Part shown: positions 9,054 to 18,692 of the stretch, in pieces
Numbering within the stretch: the stretch's first letter is position 1
How the letters are laid out: every line of letters begins with the position of its first letter
From: Cenarchaeum sp.
GTDB taxonomy: Archaea; Thermoproteota; Nitrososphaeria; Nitrososphaerales; Nitrosopumilaceae
Length of the DNA stretch: 64,000 nucleotides
Assembly: GCA_963692915.1 (NCBI GenBank)
Contig: OY843584.1
Location: 864,001-928,000 of the forward strand
Direction of reading: 5' to 3'
Position numbers and translations under genes: made by a program
The notes under the pieces: generated by a model
Databases searched by the model: none
The model's input: the letters and a program-made list of their open reading frames with translations, nothing else
What the model was told of the DNA's origin: nothing

Positions 9054-10355
9054 CTATAATTTATGTTGAGCAGCACGCGCGGCGATTCGGCGAACCTTGC
9101 GCAGCACGTCACCGGGATCGCGGCCAAAGACTAGGGCCATGGGCTCCTTGCCGTGCGCGCCGGCATGGTGAACAACGTCAGGCGGGGTCACTCGCCGCGC
9201 GATGGCCTCGCGCACGCCCCATGCGACAGTCGTGCCCTCGAGGCGCGCGCGCGCGCGCGGCTCGCGGGCGCGATCGTATGACGAGAGCGACATGCCAAGG
9301 CGGCGCATCGCGCCAAGCGTTGCCGGCGAGCGGCGGATGTTGGCGCACGAGGAGACGTCCGGAAACCTCTCACGCATGGCGGCCAGCGCAGAGGCGACGT
9401 GGCGCGAGCCGCCGCGCTCAAGGCTGCCTACGGGGATGAGGCGCGTGCCGGCCCTGACGATTCTCCCGCTCATGCCGATCATGTCCTGCGCCGAGGAGGA
9501 CCCTGGCGTGGCGACGACAAAGTTTGTCTGGCACTCGGGGACTAGCGCGTGTGCGCCGCGCGTGGAGCACATGCCCGCTATTGCCGCAGCAAGTCCTGCG
9601 ACATGGGGCGAGTCGCGCAGTCCCGTGATCGCAAGGCCGCGGCCGGGCGAGGCGGCCGCATCGAGGTGCGATGCGGCGATCGTGTGGGCCATGCGAGCAG
9701 CCTCGTATGGGCTGCGCCGGCGCGCAAGCGCAAACGCCAAGGCCGCCGAGTGCGCGCATCCGCCCCCGTGGCTCTGCTCAGCGTGTGCTGGACCGCGGAT
9801 CACGCGCTTGCGCGGCGCGTACACGTGATCGCATATGCGTCCGGCGCACGGCACGCCTGTCACGATGACAGCGCCGCACCCGAAACCCAAGAGTGCGCGT
9901 GCGCTCGCGTCAGGCCCGCGCCTCGCCGAGATGGCCTCGGCCTCCTCGAGGTTTGGCGTGACGGCTGCCGCTAGAGGGAGCATCTCAGAGCAGAGGGCCG
10001 GAATCGCGGTCCGCCGGAGCAGGACACCTCCCGTCGTTGAGCGGATCACAGGGTCGACCACTATGGGGGCACTAGAGCCGCGAATCGCCGAGGCGACTGC
10101 GCGCACCGTGGCAGCAGAGTGGAGCATGCCGACCTTTATTGCGTCAAGCTCAAAGTCTGCCATCACCGAGTCGATCTGCGCGCGTATGGCCGCCGGCGCG
10201 AGCGCGTGCGTGCCCGAGTACGATGACGTGCCCTGTGCCGTTATCGCAGTTATCGCCGTGACGCAGTGGGCGCCGAGTGCCGAGAGAACCCTCACGTCAC
10301 CCTGCACGCCGGCGCCAGAGGACGGATCAGAGCCCCCTATTGACAGAATGTTCAC
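9054..10355 (-). CDS. thiD: Bifunctional HMP/HMP-P kinase - thiamine phosphate synthase (ThiDN)
   Basis: LSIGGSDPSSGAGVQGD, IKVGML, VVDPV, HGGGC; C-terminal ThiN domain (PECQTNF, GGSRHVA, GKEPM). Confidence 0.9.
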   Translation of the reverse strand: MNILSIGGSDPSSGAGVQGDVRVLSALGAHCVTAITAITAQGTSSYSGTHALAPAAIRAQIDSVMADFELDAIKVGMLHSAATVRAVASAIRGSSAPIVVDPVIRSTTGGVLLRRTAIPALCSEMLPLAAAVTPNLEEAEAISARRGPDASARALLGFGCGAVIVTGVPCAGRICDHVYAPRKRVIRGPAHAEQSHGGGCAHSAALAFALARRRSPYEAARMAHTIAASHLDAAASPGRGLAITGLRDSPHVAGLAAAIAGMCSTRGAHALVPECQTNFVVATPGSSSAQDMIGMSGRIVRAGTRLIPVGSLERGGSRHVASALAAMRERFPDVSSCANIRRSPATLGAMRRLGMSLSSYDRAREPRARARLEGTTVAWGVREAIARRVTPPDVVHHAGAHGKEPMALVFGRDPGDVLRKVRRIAARAAQHKL

Positions 10356-10399
10356 CGACGCTCACCGCGTTGCGCGGCATGGAGCCATGCGAGCCATGC

Positions 10400-10495
10400 T
10401 CAGGACGTCTCCTGTGCGCACCTGAATGAGCAGAACCTGCTCCCCGTGCCCTCAAACTCGCGGCCGCAATGCCGGCACTCCCGCGCTAGTCTCAT
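10400..10495 (-). CDS. 31-aa Zn-finger microprotein MRLARECRHCGREFEGTGSRFCSFRCAQETS
   Basis: Read by hand (below ORF-track cutoff); CxxC-x11-CSxxC; TTATATT 24-30 nt upstream of ATG. Confidence 0.75.
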   Translation of the reverse strand: MRLARECRHCGREFEGTGSRFCSFRCAQETS

Positions 10496-10900
10496 GCTGT
10501 TGGTCACGCGTCTTGGCCAATATAACTGCGATCCAGATCCCTTATAGCCAGAATGGGCGCCCATGCAGTCTGAGGCGAGCCATCACAAAGGCGTGCTGGG
10601 CAGCACGTGGCCGTGGCACGTTCTGCCGGTGCGTCGAGCCGGTGAGGCCATGCGTTCACGCGGTACGGGCTTGAGCCTGTGCAGGAATTGCGTCTGCGAC
10701 ATGCCGCACGCCGGTGTGGCGCATTTCCTGATGGGCAAGCCGTGCCTGAAATCATGCGGCAAGAATCGCCCAATTGCGCACAATGCGCCGTGAACTAGTC
10801 ATGTGCCATCCTATGGCCGATGCGCCATAGCCCATGGCATGGCCTGATGGCTCAGGCACGCCAATTGCGCGCAAAGGACACGCCATAAAGCGTCGTTACG

Positions 10901-11398
10901 CTAGTGAAACGGGTATGTGCTCCAGGCCGGAGGCTCGATGAACGTCCCCACCACGGTCATTGCCATGATAAATCCAAAGACACACAGTGATATCAGCATG
11001 ATGTTCCAGTGTTGGGTGTGCTTTTTGCGGAGAAGAGACGAGTTATAGGCCACCGCGTTATGGAGCTCATCCACAATCTGGTTCCAATATGACCTAGTCT
11101 CATCATCATCCAGTGCAGACATTTCTGCGCCAGACGGAACTAGTTGTGGTCCCACAGCCAATGTCATGTTACTCAGCATCTGCACGCCAATCCTGATTGG
11201 AACCGCGATTGTAAAGGCCACTGCTCCGACAAGCGTGATCAGGTTCACTGCCGGGCTAAACGCATAGGCAAGCAGCATGGCAACTACTAGTGACAGAAAG
11301 AGGGAAGCCTTGATGTCAACGTGGTTGCAGAGAGCGCCCAGGTGATTACACTGCTGCTGCAGGTAGGGGGCAGTATCACGACTCGTCGTCGTCGTCAT
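10901..11398 (-). CDS. 3-TM membrane protein resembling PycTM/DUF5706 effector domain
   Basis: VDIKASLFLSL followed by two TM segments, a soluble loop, NSSLLRKKH and a C-terminal TM. Start ATG 11398 overlaps the end of the upstream small ORF. Confidence 0.55.
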   Translation of the reverse strand: MTTTTSRDTAPYLQQQCNHLGALCNHVDIKASLFLSLVVAMLLAYAFSPAVNLITLVGAVAFTIAVPIRIGVQMLSNMTLAVGPQLVPSGAEMSALDDDETRSYWNQIVDELHNAVAYNSSLLRKKHTQHWNIMLISLCVFGFIMAMTVVGTFIEPPAWSTYPFH

Positions 11399-11576
11399 AG
11401 ATGAAATCCGACCTCCGTGCGTCAAACGTGCTGTATATGTGAGATATCGGGAGTCGTTTGGGGCCGATGTATATCGTGTTGGCCTTGTCTGCCTCGCGAC
11501 TCAGCTTGTACAGCTCGGCATCGCTCATCTCGCACCTGCGTGCAGCCGTCATCCAGCCGCGTAACCAGTCCCACAT
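11376..11576 (-). CDS. 66-aa small protein, copy 1 (MWDWLRGW...YDDDDES)
   Basis: TATATATA ~24 nt upstream; paralog at 11849-12049 without indels and with several synonymous changes. Confidence 0.75.
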   Translation of the reverse strand: MWDWLRGWMTAARRCEMSDAELYKLSREADKANTIYIGPKRLPISHIYSTFDARRSDFIYDDDDES

Positions 11577-11848
11577 TGCCGCAGTTAGACGGGTCGGCAT
11601 ATATATATGATCTCTAGACGTTACGCACGAGCGCGCGTCTTGAGACGCGCGTTTGGCACCTGTCCTAATGCCCTGTTTCACAGCCCCGCCCCGGCGAGCG
11701 GCAACTCTGGCCAAAATGCAAATGTGGAAGCCCGCACGCCGATGCCGCGTCGACACGCGTGGCAGACGCGAGGTACGCGGGCAAGGGCAGAATGCCCGTA
11801 AAGAACCAGAGCACAGGGTGGGCAAGGCGCAAGATCTACGGGGCAGTA

Positions 11849-12049
11849 TCACGACTCGTCGTCGTCGTCATAGATGAAATCCGACCTCCGCGCGTCAAAT
11901 GTTGTGTACAGTGTAGTTATGGGCAAGCGGTTGGGGCCTATGTATACCGTGTTGGCCTCGTCTGTCTCGCGACTCAGCCTGTCCAGCTCGGCGTCGCTCA
12001 TCTCGCACCTGCGCGCAGCCGTCATCCAGCCGCGAAACCAGTCCCACAT
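11849..12049 (-). CDS. 66-aa small protein, copy 2 (MWDWFRGW...YDDDDES)
   Basis: 55/66 aa identical to copy 1; own TATA-like element (CATATAT) upstream. Confidence 0.75.
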   Translation of the reverse strand: MWDWFRGWMTAARRCEMSDAELDRLSRETDEANTVYIGPNRLPITTLYTTFDARRSDFIYDDDDES

Positions 12050-12177
12050 TGCCACAGTTGGACGTGTCGGCGCATATATGTGATCTCTAGGCCTTGCGCA
12101 CGGGCGTGCGCCCCACGACGCGCATTTGGCGCCAGAGGCAGCCACTGTTTAAATCCCTCTGTGCTGCCATGCGCGCC

Positions 12178-13560
12178 ATGGGCACACAGATGGGAGCAGC
12201 AAGGCGCGGGGAGATAACCGATCAGATGCGCCGCGTTGCCGCTGATGAGGGCGTCGATGCGGAGTGGCTAGCAAGACGCATGGCCACAGGCTCCATAATA
12301 ATACCCTCAAACGTGCGTCGGCCGCAGTCCATACACAACGTCGGCATAGGGAAGGGCCTCAAGACAAAGGTCAACGTGAATATCGGCACGTCGACGCTCC
12401 ACGTCGACGTCGAGGCGGAGGCCCAAAAGGCGCGAACCGCCGTAAAGCACCATGCCGACACGATAATGGACCTCAGTGACGGGGGCGACGTCGGCGCGAT
12501 AAGGAGGCGCCTCATGGACGAGGCCCGCATAACGTTTGGAACCGTCCCGATATACGAGGCATACAACCGCGGCGTCGAAAAGCACAGAGACCCGCTTGCA
12601 ATAAGCGAGGATGACTTTATTGCGGCATTTGAGTCCAACGCGCGAGACGGAGTCGACTATACGACGATACACTCGGGCATCACCATGGACATTGCAAAAC
12701 GCATAGAGCGCGTGCGAAGGCATGGCGGAATAGTTAGCAAGGGCGGAACGATAACTGCGGCATGGATGATGCGCCATGGCAAGGAGAACCCATACCACTC
12801 AAACTATGACTATCTCCTCGAGGTCGCAAAGGAGCACGACGTGACGTTTAGCCTCGGCGATGCGCTCAGGCCCGGCTCGATACTCGACTCGCATGACGAG
12901 CTGCAGGTGCAAGAGATGATCAACATTAGCGATCTCACAAAACGCGCGCACGAGTCTGACGTCCAGGTCATGGTCGAGGGTCCCGGCCATGTCCCGCTCA
13001 ACGAGGTTGCAGCAAACGTCCGCATCGCAAAGGCGCTCATAGGCGAAGTTCCGTACTATGTCCTCGGCCCGCTAGTGACTGACATTGCGTCTGGCCACGA
13101 TCACATTGCGAGCGCAATCGGCGCTGCAGTGTCAGCAGCCGAGGGAGTCGACCTGCTCTGCTACCTGACGGCATCCGAGCACCTTGCGCTTCCCAATGAC
13201 GCCGAGGTAAAGGATGGGCTGATCGCGTACAGGATAGCGGCCCATGCCGGAGACCTCGTCAAGAACCGCGAGCGCGCCATAAAGTGGGATCGCGCCATGA
13301 CCAAGGCGCGCCGCACGCTTGACTGGGAGGCGCAGATCGCCCTCTCAATAGACCCCGAAAAGGCCGCCGCGATCCACTCGCGCACAGGCCAGCACCCCGG
13401 CAACAACGTCCCGTGCACAATGTGCGGCGGCGCGTGCGTGTATGTCATGCTGCCGCAGCAGCGCTCCTATGACCCCGAGGAGCCATCTGGCGCCGAGCCC
13501 GAGGTCGTCCCCCTAGAGAAGCGAGTCGAGCGTCCCGGCCAGGCACGGGACGGAGTCTAG
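12178..13560 (+). CDS. thiC: Phosphomethylpyrimidine synthase
   Basis: KTKVNVNIGTS, ADTIMDLS, SLGDALRPG, EGPGHVP, GHDHI, CTMCGGAC; TTTAAAT ~24 nt upstream. Confidence 0.96.
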   Translation: MGTQMGAARRGEITDQMRRVAADEGVDAEWLARRMATGSIIIPSNVRRPQSIHNVGIGKGLKTKVNVNIGTSTLHVDVEAEAQKARTAVKHHADTIMDLSDGGDVGAIRRRLMDEARITFGTVPIYEAYNRGVEKHRDPLAISEDDFIAAFESNARDGVDYTTIHSGITMDIAKRIERVRRHGGIVSKGGTITAAWMMRHGKENPYHSNYDYLLEVAKEHDVTFSLGDALRPGSILDSHDELQVQEMINISDLTKRAHESDVQVMVEGPGHVPLNEVAANVRIAKALIGEVPYYVLGPLVTDIASGHDHIASAIGAAVSAAEGVDLLCYLTASEHLALPNDAEVKDGLIAYRIAAHAGDLVKNRERAIKWDRAMTKARRTLDWEAQIALSIDPEKAAAIHSRTGQHPGNNVPCTMCGGACVYVMLPQQRSYDPEEPSGAEPEVVPLEKRVERPGQARDGV

Positions 13561-13914
13561 TAGCCGCAGCGAGTCGCGCGCAACCCAGCGGTGCTCAGAG
13601 CTCTCCCAGTTTAGCGTGACCTGTCGGTCGCGCGCCTCAAAGAGAAACGCGTGTATGCGCCACTCGCCGGCGTGCTTCTCGGACCTCACCATGGCCGGCG
13701 GCGCCGAGGAGACGAGGCGCAGCGAGTCGCGCGCGATTCCGGCCTCCTCTAGTAGCTCGGCATATGCGCGCTCTAGGGCAGCCTCGCCGGCATTTATGCT
13801 CCCGCTTATTGCCGACCACAGCCCGCGCATCGTGCGCACGCGCTGGCTGCGGCGCACCACAAGATACTCGTTATTGTTGCGCACAAATGACGTCGCGACG
13901 TTGCGCGCATCCAA
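13513..13914 (-). CDS. NUDIX hydrolase
   Basis: GSINAGEAALERAYAELLEEAG Nudix box, LNWESSEHRWV; start (TTG 13914) uncertain. Confidence 0.85.
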   Translation of the reverse strand: MDARNVATSFVRNNNEYLVVRRSQRVRTMRGLWSAISGSINAGEAALERAYAELLEEAGIARDSLRLVSSAPPAMVRSEKHAGEWRIHAFLFEARDRQVTLNWESSEHRWVARDSLRLLDSVPCLAGTLDSLL

Positions 13915-13916
13915 GG

Positions 13917-14774
13917 CTACTTTTTGTCCATCACGCGCGACATTGCAATCATCTTTTTGTACGACTCGGAGGTTCCGCCGTTGGCCTCTATCCTGGCCTG
14001 GCACGCGCGCACATAGTCGGTGACCTCTTCGGACTTGTTCTCCTGGACTGCGGTGAGGAGGCGCCCGATGTCCTTCCAGAGCTCCTCGGCGATGCGGCGC
14101 AGCTGTGGGTTTGATATTATCGTGTCAATCAGGTCAGGCGTCTCGGACATTATGCTGTCAGAGAGCGCCTTTTGTATCCGGAACGTGCTGCCTGACATCT
14201 TGTGCGTGAGCGACGGCTTTTCATCCTTTGAGACAATGCTCGCAAATGCGATATTGACAAGGTGCGTGAGGCCGAGTATGACGGCGACCCTCTTGTCATG
14301 CTCGGCAGAGTCGATAGTGACGAACGTCGCGTCCGGAAAGAGCAACTTTGAGACGGTGATCTCCTTTTTCCCGTCCCTTATCGGCACAGAGATGATGTTC
14401 TGGCCCTTTGCGCCCTTGGCTCCCGGCCCGAACATTGGGTGTATGCAGACCGGAACGACCTTTGAGGGAACGCGTGAGAGGGCCGGCGCAGTCTTTAGCT
14501 TTTGCGACGATATGTCGATAAGGTACGCATCACGCCTCATCTCCTTGGCGATTAGCCTGATGATCTCTGGCGTCTTTCGTGTCGGCGTGCACAGTATCAC
14601 ATAGTCTGCCTCGAGGATCGCCCCGACGAGTGAGGAGCCCTTTGTGACCCCCTTTGGAAGTGATCTCGACTCGTCCTCGTCATATCCTGTAACGTCATAC
14701 TTTGGCGCAAAGTAGCGACACATCCACGTGCCCATCTGCCCTGCGGCCCCAATCACGGACACCCGCTTCTTCAT
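13917..14774 (-). CDS. tyrA: Prephenate dehydrogenase
   Basis: VIGAAGQMG, DISSQK, IHPMFGP, EHDKRVAVILGLTH. Confidence 0.92.
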   Translation of the reverse strand: MKKRVSVIGAAGQMGTWMCRYFAPKYDVTGYDEDESRSLPKGVTKGSSLVGAILEADYVILCTPTRKTPEIIRLIAKEMRRDAYLIDISSQKLKTAPALSRVPSKVVPVCIHPMFGPGAKGAKGQNIISVPIRDGKKEITVSKLLFPDATFVTIDSAEHDKRVAVILGLTHLVNIAFASIVSKDEKPSLTHKMSGSTFRIQKALSDSIMSETPDLIDTIISNPQLRRIAEELWKDIGRLLTAVQENKSEEVTDYVRACQARIEANGGTSESYKKMIAMSRVMDKK

Positions 14775-14777
14775 GCC

Positions 14778-16169
14778 CTAGGCTCCAGAGACGACGCTAT
14801 TTAGTATATCCATTCCACGCGCCAACGTGCGCGCATCGCGGCATGCCGAGAGGCGCACAAACTGCCCATATCCGCCAAATGCGGCTCCCGGCGCTATCGC
14901 AAGACCCCTTTTGAGGCACTCGAGGGCAACCTCACCGCCGTCTAGGCCGCCCGGAAGGCGCGCAAAGAGGTACATTGCGCCATCTGGCTCGGCGAACTCG
15001 AGACCCATGGCCGATGCCTGCGGCGAGAGGCCGGCGAGCCTCGAGAGAATGTCGTGTGACGCACCTGGCGGCTCGGCCTGCAGTGCGGCTAGCGACGCAT
15101 ACTGGATCGGCGAGGGCACGCACGTGAGGCAGAGCGACTGTAGGCGACCCATGCGCCGTATCTCCTCGGGTGGCGCTATGGCATATCCGGCGCGAAACCC
15201 CGTCATCGCGTGCGACTTTGAGAGTGACTGCGTCACGATCGTCTTGTCATGGTCAAACTCCAGTGCACTGTGCCATTCCGTGCGCGAATAGAGCGAGTAT
15301 ATCTCGTCGCTCAGGACATAGAGCGAGTGGCGTGCTGCAATGTCCATGATCTCCTTTTGCCTGCGCCGTGGCAGAACCTTGCCCGTGGGGTTGTTTGGGT
15401 AGTTTATCGCAATCATTTTCGTGTTTGGCGTTATGGCCGACTCGATCTCAGACATGTCTGGCTCCCAGCTTGACTCTAGTGTGGTGTGGATGTGCCGAAC
15501 CTTTACGCCAGCGCGCATTGCGCACTGGGCATATGCTGGCCATGCAGGCTCGATAACTATGATCTCATCGCCCGGATCAAGAAGTGACTCGATGGCAAGG
15601 TATATGGCAAATCTCGCGCCCATTGTGACTATGACATTGTCATGCGAGAGTCCGGCTGTGTGTGCAGACTCTACTCTGGCTATGACGTCGCGCAGCTCGG
15701 TCATTCCAAGGGCAGTGCCATACTTTGTGTGTCCCTTGGCGCACGCAGATGCCAGCGCGTCGACTGCGTGTCCTGACGGCTCCGAGTCTGGCTCGCCGAC
15801 CTCCATGTGGACAATGCTCTGACCCTCCTCCTCTAGCCTCTTTGCCTCCTGAAATATCGCCGTGTGCGACGGTGCGGCGCCTGATGCGGCCGCAGACTGG
15901 ACCTGCACGGACTCGTTTAGCAAAAAGTTCAGCAGCCTCGAGGCCATTGCGGCCTCGTCACCGTCGGCACACGACTCGATGACCTTTGTGCGCAGATCCC
16001 CCTCGCGCCCACAGTCATCAACTGGCGCACCCATGCCGCGCTTGGCCTCGCCTATGCGGCGTGCGAGCTCCGAGCGCCTGCCTAGGAGACGAACCATCTC
16101 CAGTGTGACTGTGTCCATCTCCTCGCGCAGGGGCTCGAGGGGACCGGCATCAGAGGACGGGTTTGACAA
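14778..16169 (-). CDS. Chorismate mutase - class I/II aminotransferase fusion
   Basis: N-terminal LREEMD...LLGRRSELARRIGEAK...RE (chorismate mutase); NYPNNPTG, LSDEIY, SLSKSHAMTGFRAGY (PLP). Start approximate. Confidence 0.88.
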   Translation of the reverse strand: MSNPSSDAGPLEPLREEMDTVTLEMVRLLGRRSELARRIGEAKRGMGAPVDDCGREGDLRTKVIESCADGDEAAMASRLLNFLLNESVQVQSAAASGAAPSHTAIFQEAKRLEEEGQSIVHMEVGEPDSEPSGHAVDALASACAKGHTKYGTALGMTELRDVIARVESAHTAGLSHDNVIVTMGARFAIYLAIESLLDPGDEIIVIEPAWPAYAQCAMRAGVKVRHIHTTLESSWEPDMSEIESAITPNTKMIAINYPNNPTGKVLPRRRQKEIMDIAARHSLYVLSDEIYSLYSRTEWHSALEFDHDKTIVTQSLSKSHAMTGFRAGYAIAPPEEIRRMGRLQSLCLTCVPSPIQYASLAALQAEPPGASHDILSRLAGLSPQASAMGLEFAEPDGAMYLFARLPGGLDGGEVALECLKRGLAIAPGAAFGGYGQFVRLSACRDARTLARGMDILNSVVSGA

Positions 16170-17244
16170 ATCCCCCCACCAGTGCAAGGTCGGCCATAAT
16201 GAGGCTCACAAGCGAGTCGACGACAGGTGGCGCGCGCGGAACCACGCATGGGTCATGCCTGCCGCGCACTCGCAGGATCGCCGGCTTGCGCGTCTTGGCA
16301 TTGACAGTCGGCTGGTCCATCGCTATTGACGAGACTGGCTTGAAGGCGACGTTCATCGTTATCGGCATGCCATTGGAGATCCCCCCAAGAATGCCGCCTG
16401 AGTTGTTTGTGCGCGTGATTATGCGCGAGCGCTTGATCTCGTATGTGTCGTTGTTCTGCGAGCCCGAGCTGGCCGCGCCGGCAAATCCAGATCCAAACTC
16501 GACGCCCTTTACTGACGGTATGGAGAACATTGCGCGGCTTAGGTCTGACTCGATGGACGCAAACAGCGGCTCGCCGAGTCCGACTGGAACGCCTGTTGTG
16601 ACCGAGCGGACAATTCCCCCCAGCGAGTCTCCGGCGCGCCGCGCCGACATGACAAGCTCGCGCATTCGTGACGCAGCCCTTGCGTCAGGACAACGCACAT
16701 CGTTGCGGTACATTGCACGCAGCGCACTAGGTGTCGGCTCGCCTTCCATCGACACTCCGCCGATCTGCGCCGTGTACGAGTGTGTCTTTATGCCAAGCGT
16801 AACATCAATGAGCTTGCGCGCAATTGCCCCGCCCATGATGTGCGTGGCCGTCAGCCTGCCTGAGAATCGCCCGCCGCCACGATGGTCGCCGTGGCCGCCA
16901 TACTTTACCATCGACGTATAGTCCGCATGGCCTGGCCTCAGCAGACGCTCAAGGGCATCATATGACCTCGAGTCGGCATCCTTGTTCCATGTCAGCATTG
17001 CGATCGGCGCGCCCGTCGTGCGCCCCCTAAACACTCCAGAGAGTATCTCCACGCGGTCAGGCTCCTTGCGCTGTGTCGCTATGGCCGACTGACCCGGTCG
17101 GCGCTGATCAAGCATTGGCTGTATGTCGCGCTCGGAGAGGCGCAGGCCGGCCGGGCACCCGTCAAGAACAGCACCGACGCACTTGCCATGGCTCTCGCCA
17201 AAGCTTGTTAGAACAAGGCGCCGGCCAATCGAGCTCTCTGACAA
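16150..17244 (-). CDS. aroC: Chorismate synthase
   Basis: SFGESHG, RPGHAD, GGGRFSGR, NNSGGILGGISNG, GRHDPCV. Confidence 0.97.
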   Translation of the reverse strand: MSESSIGRRLVLTSFGESHGKCVGAVLDGCPAGLRLSERDIQPMLDQRRPGQSAIATQRKEPDRVEILSGVFRGRTTGAPIAMLTWNKDADSRSYDALERLLRPGHADYTSMVKYGGHGDHRGGGRFSGRLTATHIMGGAIARKLIDVTLGIKTHSYTAQIGGVSMEGEPTPSALRAMYRNDVRCPDARAASRMRELVMSARRAGDSLGGIVRSVTTGVPVGLGEPLFASIESDLSRAMFSIPSVKGVEFGSGFAGAASSGSQNNDTYEIKRSRIITRTNNSGGILGGISNGMPITMNVAFKPVSSIAMDQPTVNAKTRKPAILRVRGRHDPCVVPRAPPVVDSLVSLIMADLALVGGFVKPVL

Positions 17245-17452
17245 TGCAGCGCGTTTTGCGGCCGTGGCGCATATAACTCCTTACAGGTTTACGGCCTCGT
17301 AGCATGCCGCAGGGGCAAGGCGCATCTCGAGCCGGCAAGCGTGCAGAGCCGGAGCAGGCGCAAGTGTCCCATGCGCGACACACGCGTGAGGAGGCGAGGC
17401 GTGGCGCAGGCGCCCAATATGATAAAATAGGGCGGATCGGCTCCGTGCGTCC

Positions 17453-17860
17453 GTGTCAGCCGATCCAAACAGCATACCGCCCGTACTTCGCGAGCAGGTC
17501 GAAAAGCTGCAGCAGATGCAGAGCAGCCTCCAGGGCGTCGCGGCTCAAAAGCAGCAGGTCGAAGTCGAGCGCCTCGAGGTCGACCGTGCCCTAGAGGAGC
17601 TCAAAAAGGCCGGCGAGGACGAGACCGTCTACAAGCATGCCGGCTCGATACTCATAAAGACGACGCGTGATGCCCTAATCGCCGAGCTCGAGGAGAGAAA
17701 AGAGCTCTCCGCGACGCGCCAGACCGTCCTCTCAAAGCAGGACGCGCGGCTGCGCGAGAGCCTAAAGGAGCAGGAGGCAAAGGTCACCGACATGATAAGG
17801 GGAATGCAGGGTCCCGGCGGGCCGGCTCCACAGGGCACCCAGCCCCCTGCGCAATCGTGA
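17453..17860 (+). CDS. pfdB: Prefoldin beta subunit
   Basis: Coiled coils around VYKHAGSILIK hairpin. Confidence 0.9.
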   Translation: MSADPNSIPPVLREQVEKLQQMQSSLQGVAAQKQQVEVERLEVDRALEELKKAGEDETVYKHAGSILIKTTRDALIAELEERKELSATRQTVLSKQDARLRESLKEQEAKVTDMIRGMQGPGGPAPQGTQPPAQS

Positions 17861-17882
17861 TATAGCGCACAGCGTAACGTGT

Positions 17883-18692
17883 GTGCGCATGGACATCAAA
17901 AACCTACGCATCATTGCCGATGAGCGCGAGCGAAAGAGCCGCATACCAGCACTGCTCACAAAGCTCGGAGTGCAGACTGACTTTAGCACGCTAGTGACCG
18001 GCGACTATATCGTCGCAACTGACACGGGTGTGGAGCGCAAGAGCACACGTGACCTCATCGCGTCTGTCGTTGACGGGCGGCTAGATGAGCAGTGCAAGAG
18101 GCTAAAGTCAGAGTTTCGCCATCCCGTCCTAGCAGTGGAGGGGCCCTCTGAGGAGATTACGCGCCACGTGGAGAACTCGTATGTGTTCTATGACACCGTG
18201 GCAAGGGTTGCCATCGAGTCAGGCATCTCGCTCGTGCAGACGCCTGATGCCAACGGTACCGCAAGGCTGCTCATCGCACTCGGGACGCGAAAGGGCGTGC
18301 GCAGGGGCGAGCTCCTCAAGAGGCAGCGCAGGAGACCCGGCGCGAGCGTGCGCGAGCAGCAGCTTTGCACGCTGTGCAGCCTGCCGGGCATTGGTGAAAA
18401 GCTTGCCACGCGAATGCTAGACAGGTTTGGCACGCCGATGGCCGCCTTTGGCGCGTCAGCGTCCGAGCTTGCGCGCGTCGAGGGCCTTGGCGCCGTGCGC
18501 GCCAAAAGGCTTTGCGCGATCATGGGCTCGCCGGCCCGCAGTAGCGCCCCCGGGAGGCCTGCGAGTCGCCGGACGCCGGCTCGCCGGACCGCCGCAGACC
18601 GCACAGCGGGACTCGGAGCCCATGTCACGCGAGCACGCCGGACAGCGCCTCGTCCAGCGCCGCGGCGCTCGCGTGCCGGCCGTCATGACTGA
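17883..18692 (+). CDS. ERCC4/XPF structure-specific endonuclease with HhH domain
   Basis: DERE, GDY, VERKS, GRL, LPGIGEK, VEGLG. Confidence 0.9.
   Translation: MRMDIKNLRIIADERERKSRIPALLTKLGVQTDFSTLVTGDYIVATDTGVERKSTRDLIASVVDGRLDEQCKRLKSEFRHPVLAVEGPSEEITRHVENSYVFYDTVARVAIESGISLVQTPDANGTARLLIALGTRKGVRRGELLKRQRRRPGASVREQQLCTLCSLPGIGEKLATRMLDRFGTPMAAFGASASELARVEGLGAVRAKRLCAIMGSPARSSAPGRPASRRTPARRTAADRTAGLGAHVTRARRTAPRPAPRRSRAGRHD

Larger units (their letters stand above)
11365..12130. repeat. Direct duplication of a ~290-bp unit (about 11365-11655 and 11838-12130), period 473 bp
   Basis: Visual alignment from GGGGCAGTATCACGACTCG through promoter to TTTGGC; 24 mismatches in the 201-nt ORF by hand count. 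Confidence 0.9.

Noticed and set aside
10356-10560. TPP riboswitch upstream of thiDN or thiC
   Set aside because: No convincing aptamer consensus; the segment is better explained by the Zn-finger ORF, and thiC looks leaderless.
10563-10793. 76-aa Cys-containing plus-strand ORF
   Set aside because: No coherent metal-binding pattern or other support.
11365-12130. Diversity-generating retroelement TR/VR pair
   Set aside because: Mismatches are not confined to adenines, include synonymous changes, and no reverse transcriptase is in the window.
14778-16169. Chorismate mutase-aminotransferase fusion as a novelty
   Set aside because: To my knowledge common in this lineage's aromatic biosynthesis cluster.
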